From a virus, in IMG/VR virus record IMGVR_UViG_3300010367_000012, positions 20,856 through 84,855 of that record: DNA of 64,000 nucleotides. One strand, given 5' to 3'. Shown in pieces: positions 61,133 to 64,000 of the stretch. The number at the start of each line of letters is the position of its first letter. Position 1 is the first letter of the stretch. The notes under the pieces are model-generated. The model saw only the letters and a list, made by a program, of their open reading frames with translations. It was not told the origin of the DNA and ran no database searches. The position numbers and the translations under genes are program-made.

Positions 61133-64000
61133 GTGGCTACACCTACTCCGCCCAATACAGGGCCAAATATCGGAGCCAGCCGCTTGTTGGGGACCAATGG
61201 TCTTCAGCAGGCGGTTGATTCGTTAACGCAACAAGTTAATAGACTTTCACAGAGCGTCGGGAATTTGCAATCAGGATTCCAAGGCGCTGGTAATGCTGCA
61301 CGAAATTCTGGTTCCGGAAGTAACGGAAGCATCTGGAATAGTGGTTCCAACCGTACCTCTTATGGTTCAAATGGTGGAGGCGGTAGATTCACTGTAGGTT
61401 CTCTTGGTGGTAATTCCTCCAATGGTGGAGGCGGAAACTTCGGTAACCTTATGGGCATGTCTCGCATGTCTGCAACCGTAGGAGCCATTGCAGGTATTGG
61501 TTCTTCCCTAGTCAACTATGCAAACAAGAACATGGCTACCAATTTCCAGTTGGATTACTTTGGTACAGCCTCTTCTGTTGCTGGTGGTGGAGGAAGAGCG
61601 GGAAACAATCTTGCTCGTGCTCTAGCAGTAAACAACAACATGGTTGGACTGAATGCTACTGACGTTACTAAAGCTGGATATGTAAATCAGTACACCTTCG
61701 GTAACGCTCAGTTCAATGGACAGGCCAATCCAGCATTCCAGTCAGGGATGCGTCAGGCTAATGCCTTCGCTTATGCCAACCCAACTCAGGGTGCATATGG
61801 TGGAGCGCTTGCAGCTCAGCAGACTTACTCAGCGCGTGCGGCTTTCGTAGCCCCAGCTCTAGGTCTTGCTAGTCCTTATCTACAAGGTGGAGTCAAGAAC
61901 TCCATGCAGAATATCGCTGGTTCTATTTATCAGAGAACCTTCGGTAATCAGAATGTTACTAATAAGCAATTAAACGCCGCTCTGAGACAGGGTGGCTCTC
62001 TTGACGTTAACCTTCAGTACTTCGGTGCACAGATGGGTTGGAGTCAGGGAACTGTTCAGGAATACCGCAATGTTATTCAGGGACAGGTTGCAGCACAGAA
62101 CAAGGGAATGTCTGAGACTAAGTACTACAACCTACTTGGTCAGGCTGCTGGTGGAAATCGTTCTGCGATTAATCAGCTAGCCAAGACAACGAACATGGGA
62201 ACTTCTATGTTCGAGAACCAGAGAAATCTGAATGCCACTCGTCTTACTCGACAGAATGACATCCTGGATTCACTGGCTCCTGCATTCGATGCAGCAACAA
62301 AGGCAGTAGACAAGTTCAGTCAGGCTTTGACTCACTTCCTACAGGCTACACATCTTGATACTGCAATCGGTGCTTCCTCTGGATTCCTAGCACCCTTCTC
62401 TAACGCCCTGGGTGGCCTTGGTGGAGGCTTGGGAGCCGGTCTAGGACTCATGGGTGCCCGTGGTCTTATGAGGGGCGGAGGAGGGCTTCTAGGGCGTTTG
62501 GGAGGACTCTTCGGAAGAGGTGGTGCAGGAGCAGCCGCAGCGGGTGAAGGTGGTCTGATTGACGCTGGAGTAGCTGGAGCTGGTGCCGGATCAGGTGGAG
62601 CAAGTGTTATCACTTCCCTTGGTGCTGGTGGTGCTGCTACAGGAATCGGTGAAGGATTACTAGCCGGATCTGGATTTGGTGCTGCTGCTCTTGGTGTAGG
62701 AATTGGTGGGCATATGCTTACCAAGCATTTCATCAAGGATAAGAAAAAGCGTAAGTGGGCTAACGTCGGTGTTGACGCTGGAGCTGGTGCCCTTACTGGT
62801 GCTGCTATTGGTTCCGTTGTTCCTGTTCTTGGAACAGGTGTTGGTGCTGCCGTTGGTGGTGTTATCGGTGCTGGTATCGGTCTATTCGGTGGAGCAAGTG
62901 GTGAAGGTGGAGTAACTGGAACTACTGGTAACTCTGCTAGAAACTCTTCTGTACAGGGAGCTACTACAGCTTCTGCTGCACAGATCATTAAGAATGCTGA
63001 GACACAGCTTGGTGTTAAGTACCAGTGGGGTGCCGAATCTCCTGGAAAGGCATTCGACTGTTCTGGACTTACACAGTGGGCATACGGAAAGGCTGGAGTA
63101 AAGATTCCGCGTGTCGCTGCTGACCAGCAGAAGATTGGAACTAAGGTTCCAACAAACAAGACACAGCCTGGTGACCTTCTATTCGTAGGTTCTCCTGCTC
63201 ACCACGTAGTAATGTCTATCGGTAATGGAAAGATCATTGAGGCTCCTCACCCTGGAGCTAACGTAACCATCCGTGCACTGAACCCAAGTGAATTCACTAG
63301 CGCTACTCGTATTGTTGGTTCTATCGGAAACATGAACTCATTGCTGAATGGTAATGAGGATAACTCTGGTGGAACTCTGAACAATCAGCAGAACACTTTG
63401 GGTGGAGACCTAGGAAACCTATCAGGTACCAGCGAGGCTCAGGCTATTGCTTCTGCTCTCGCAGGATCAGCAGCCGGAATTCCTATGGTGGCTGAAGCTA
63501 AGAACACAAGCAGCACAACATCAGCCGGAACAGGATCTAATCCAAAGGCAACAGGAAGTAATGCACAAGGACATTTGAAGTCTTACGCCAAGGCTCTATT
63601 GAATAAGTACGGCTGGGGAAATCAGTGGGATGACTTCAATGCTCTTGAAATGTCTGAGGCTGGTTGGAACGTACACGCTACTAACCCAAGCTCAGGTGCT
63701 TATGGTCTAGCTCAGGCTCTTCCTGCTTCTAAGTACAGCAGCGCTGGTAAGGACTGGAAGACTTCTGGTGAGACTCAGCTTAATTGGATGATGAGTTATA
63801 TCAAGGGTCGCTATGGATCTCCTAGTGCAGCCTGGTCATTCCACCAGAAGAATAATTGGTATGATAAGGGCGCTTGGAGTATTGATAAGGATCAGCCAGC
63901 GACAGTTCACAAGGGTGAAATGATTATCCCTGCACAGCAGGCTGAGACTATTCGTCAGACACTTCTGAACAATACCTTCAATCCAAATCTTCAGAGAGCT
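61133..64000 (+). CDS. tape measure protein (5' part, runs off the window) with NlpC/P60 and transglycosylase-like domains
   Basis: GTG after AGGAG; Gly/Ala-rich; in-frame YQWGAESPGKAFDCSGL (about 63020) and SEAGWNVHATNPSSGAYGLAQALP (about 63650); absent from the ORF track because there is no stop in the window. Confidence 0.9.
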   Translation, partial: MATPTPPNTGPNIGASRLLGTNGLQQAVDSLTQQVNRLSQSVGNLQSGFQGAGNAARNSGSGSNGSIWNSGSNRTSYGSNGGGGRFTVGSLGGNSSNGGGGNFGNLMGMSRMSATVGAIAGIGSSLVNYANKNMATNFQLDYFGTASSVAGGGGRAGNNLARALAVNNNMVGLNATDVTKAGYVNQYTFGNAQFNGQANPAFQSGMRQANAFAYANPTQGAYGGALAAQQTYSARAAFVAPALGLASPYLQGGVKNSMQNIAGSIYQRTFGNQNVTNKQLNAALRQGGSLDVNLQYFGAQMGWSQGTVQEYRNVIQGQVAAQNKGMSETKYYNLLGQAAGGNRSAINQLAKTTNMGTSMFENQRNLNATRLTRQNDILDSLAPAFDAATKAVDKFSQALTHFLQATHLDTAIGASSGFLAPFSNALGGLGGGLGAGLGLMGARGLMRGGGGLLGRLGGLFGRGGAGAAAAGEGGLIDAGVAGAGAGSGGASVITSLGAGGAATGIGEGLLAGSGFGAAALGVGIGGHMLTKHFIKDKKKRKWANVGVDAGAGALTGAAIGSVVPVLGTGVGAAVGGVIGAGIGLFGGASGEGGVTGTTGNSARNSSVQGATTASAAQIIKNAETQLGVKYQWGAESPGKAFDCSGLTQWAYGKAGVKIPRVAADQQKIGTKVPTNKTQPGDLLFVGSPAHHVVMSIGNGKIIEAPHPGANVTIRALNPSEFTSATRIVGSIGNMNSLLNGNEDNSGGTLNNQQNTLGGDLGNLSGTSEAQAIASALAGSAAGIPMVAEAKNTSSTTSAGTGSNPKATGSNAQGHLKSYAKALLNKYGWGNQWDDFNALEMSEAGWNVHATNPSSGAYGLAQALPASKYSSAGKDWKTSGETQLNWMMSYIKGRYGSPSAAWSFHQKNNWYDKGAWSIDKDQPATVHKGEMIIPAQQAETIRQTLLNNTFNPNLQRA

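Noticed and set aside
62332-63159. 275-aa Pro/Ala-rich minus-strand ORF
   Set aside because: It is the antisense of the Gly/Ala-rich tape-measure region.
1-64000. CRISPR array, rRNA, integrase or IS element
   Set aside because: No regularly spaced identical direct repeats with unique spacers, no rRNA signatures, and no recombinase or transposase motifs seen.

Overview
This 64-kb window is part of a large lytic, contractile-tailed (myovirus-type) phage genome. The host is probably an actinobacterium such as Streptomyces. That is inference from the gene order, the tail sheath and tube, an NlpC/P60 plus transglycosylase tape measure, HrdB-like promoters and a bldA-type tRNA. Layout: (i) 1-2.5 kb, end of an operon with a TGT/DpdA-like TIM-barrel protein that probably starts at ATT; (ii) about 2.6-18.8 kb, a visibly more GC-rich early/host-takeover island of small divergently transcribed genes, with strong TTGACA promoters, an ArdA-like antirestriction gene and repeated intergenic hairpins; (iii) 18.9-22 kb, exoribonuclease, HAD phosphatase, HNH and tiny Zn-ribbon genes; (iv) 22.1-33.7 kb, an RNA island with 31 intact tRNAs covering all 20 amino acids (including Leu-UAA and Ile-UAU), one degenerate tRNA, a tandem array of four Y-RNA-like genes directly upstream of a Ro60/TROVE gene, and a 78-nt 'mini-tmRNA' with only the tRNA-like domain; (v) 33.8-40.4 kb, an 18-residue-repeat protein, RNA ligase, nucleotide hydrolases and a KTSC protein; (vi) 40.5-64 kb, terminase, an Acb2/Tad1-like small protein, portal, scaffold, capsid, neck, tail spikes, sheath, tube, chaperones and the 5' part of the tape measure. 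The most striking elements are the phage Ro60 / four-Y-RNA locus, the mRNA-less tmRNA mimic, and the RNA-repair enzymes around them. All calls come from reading the sequence by eye; no database searches were run.
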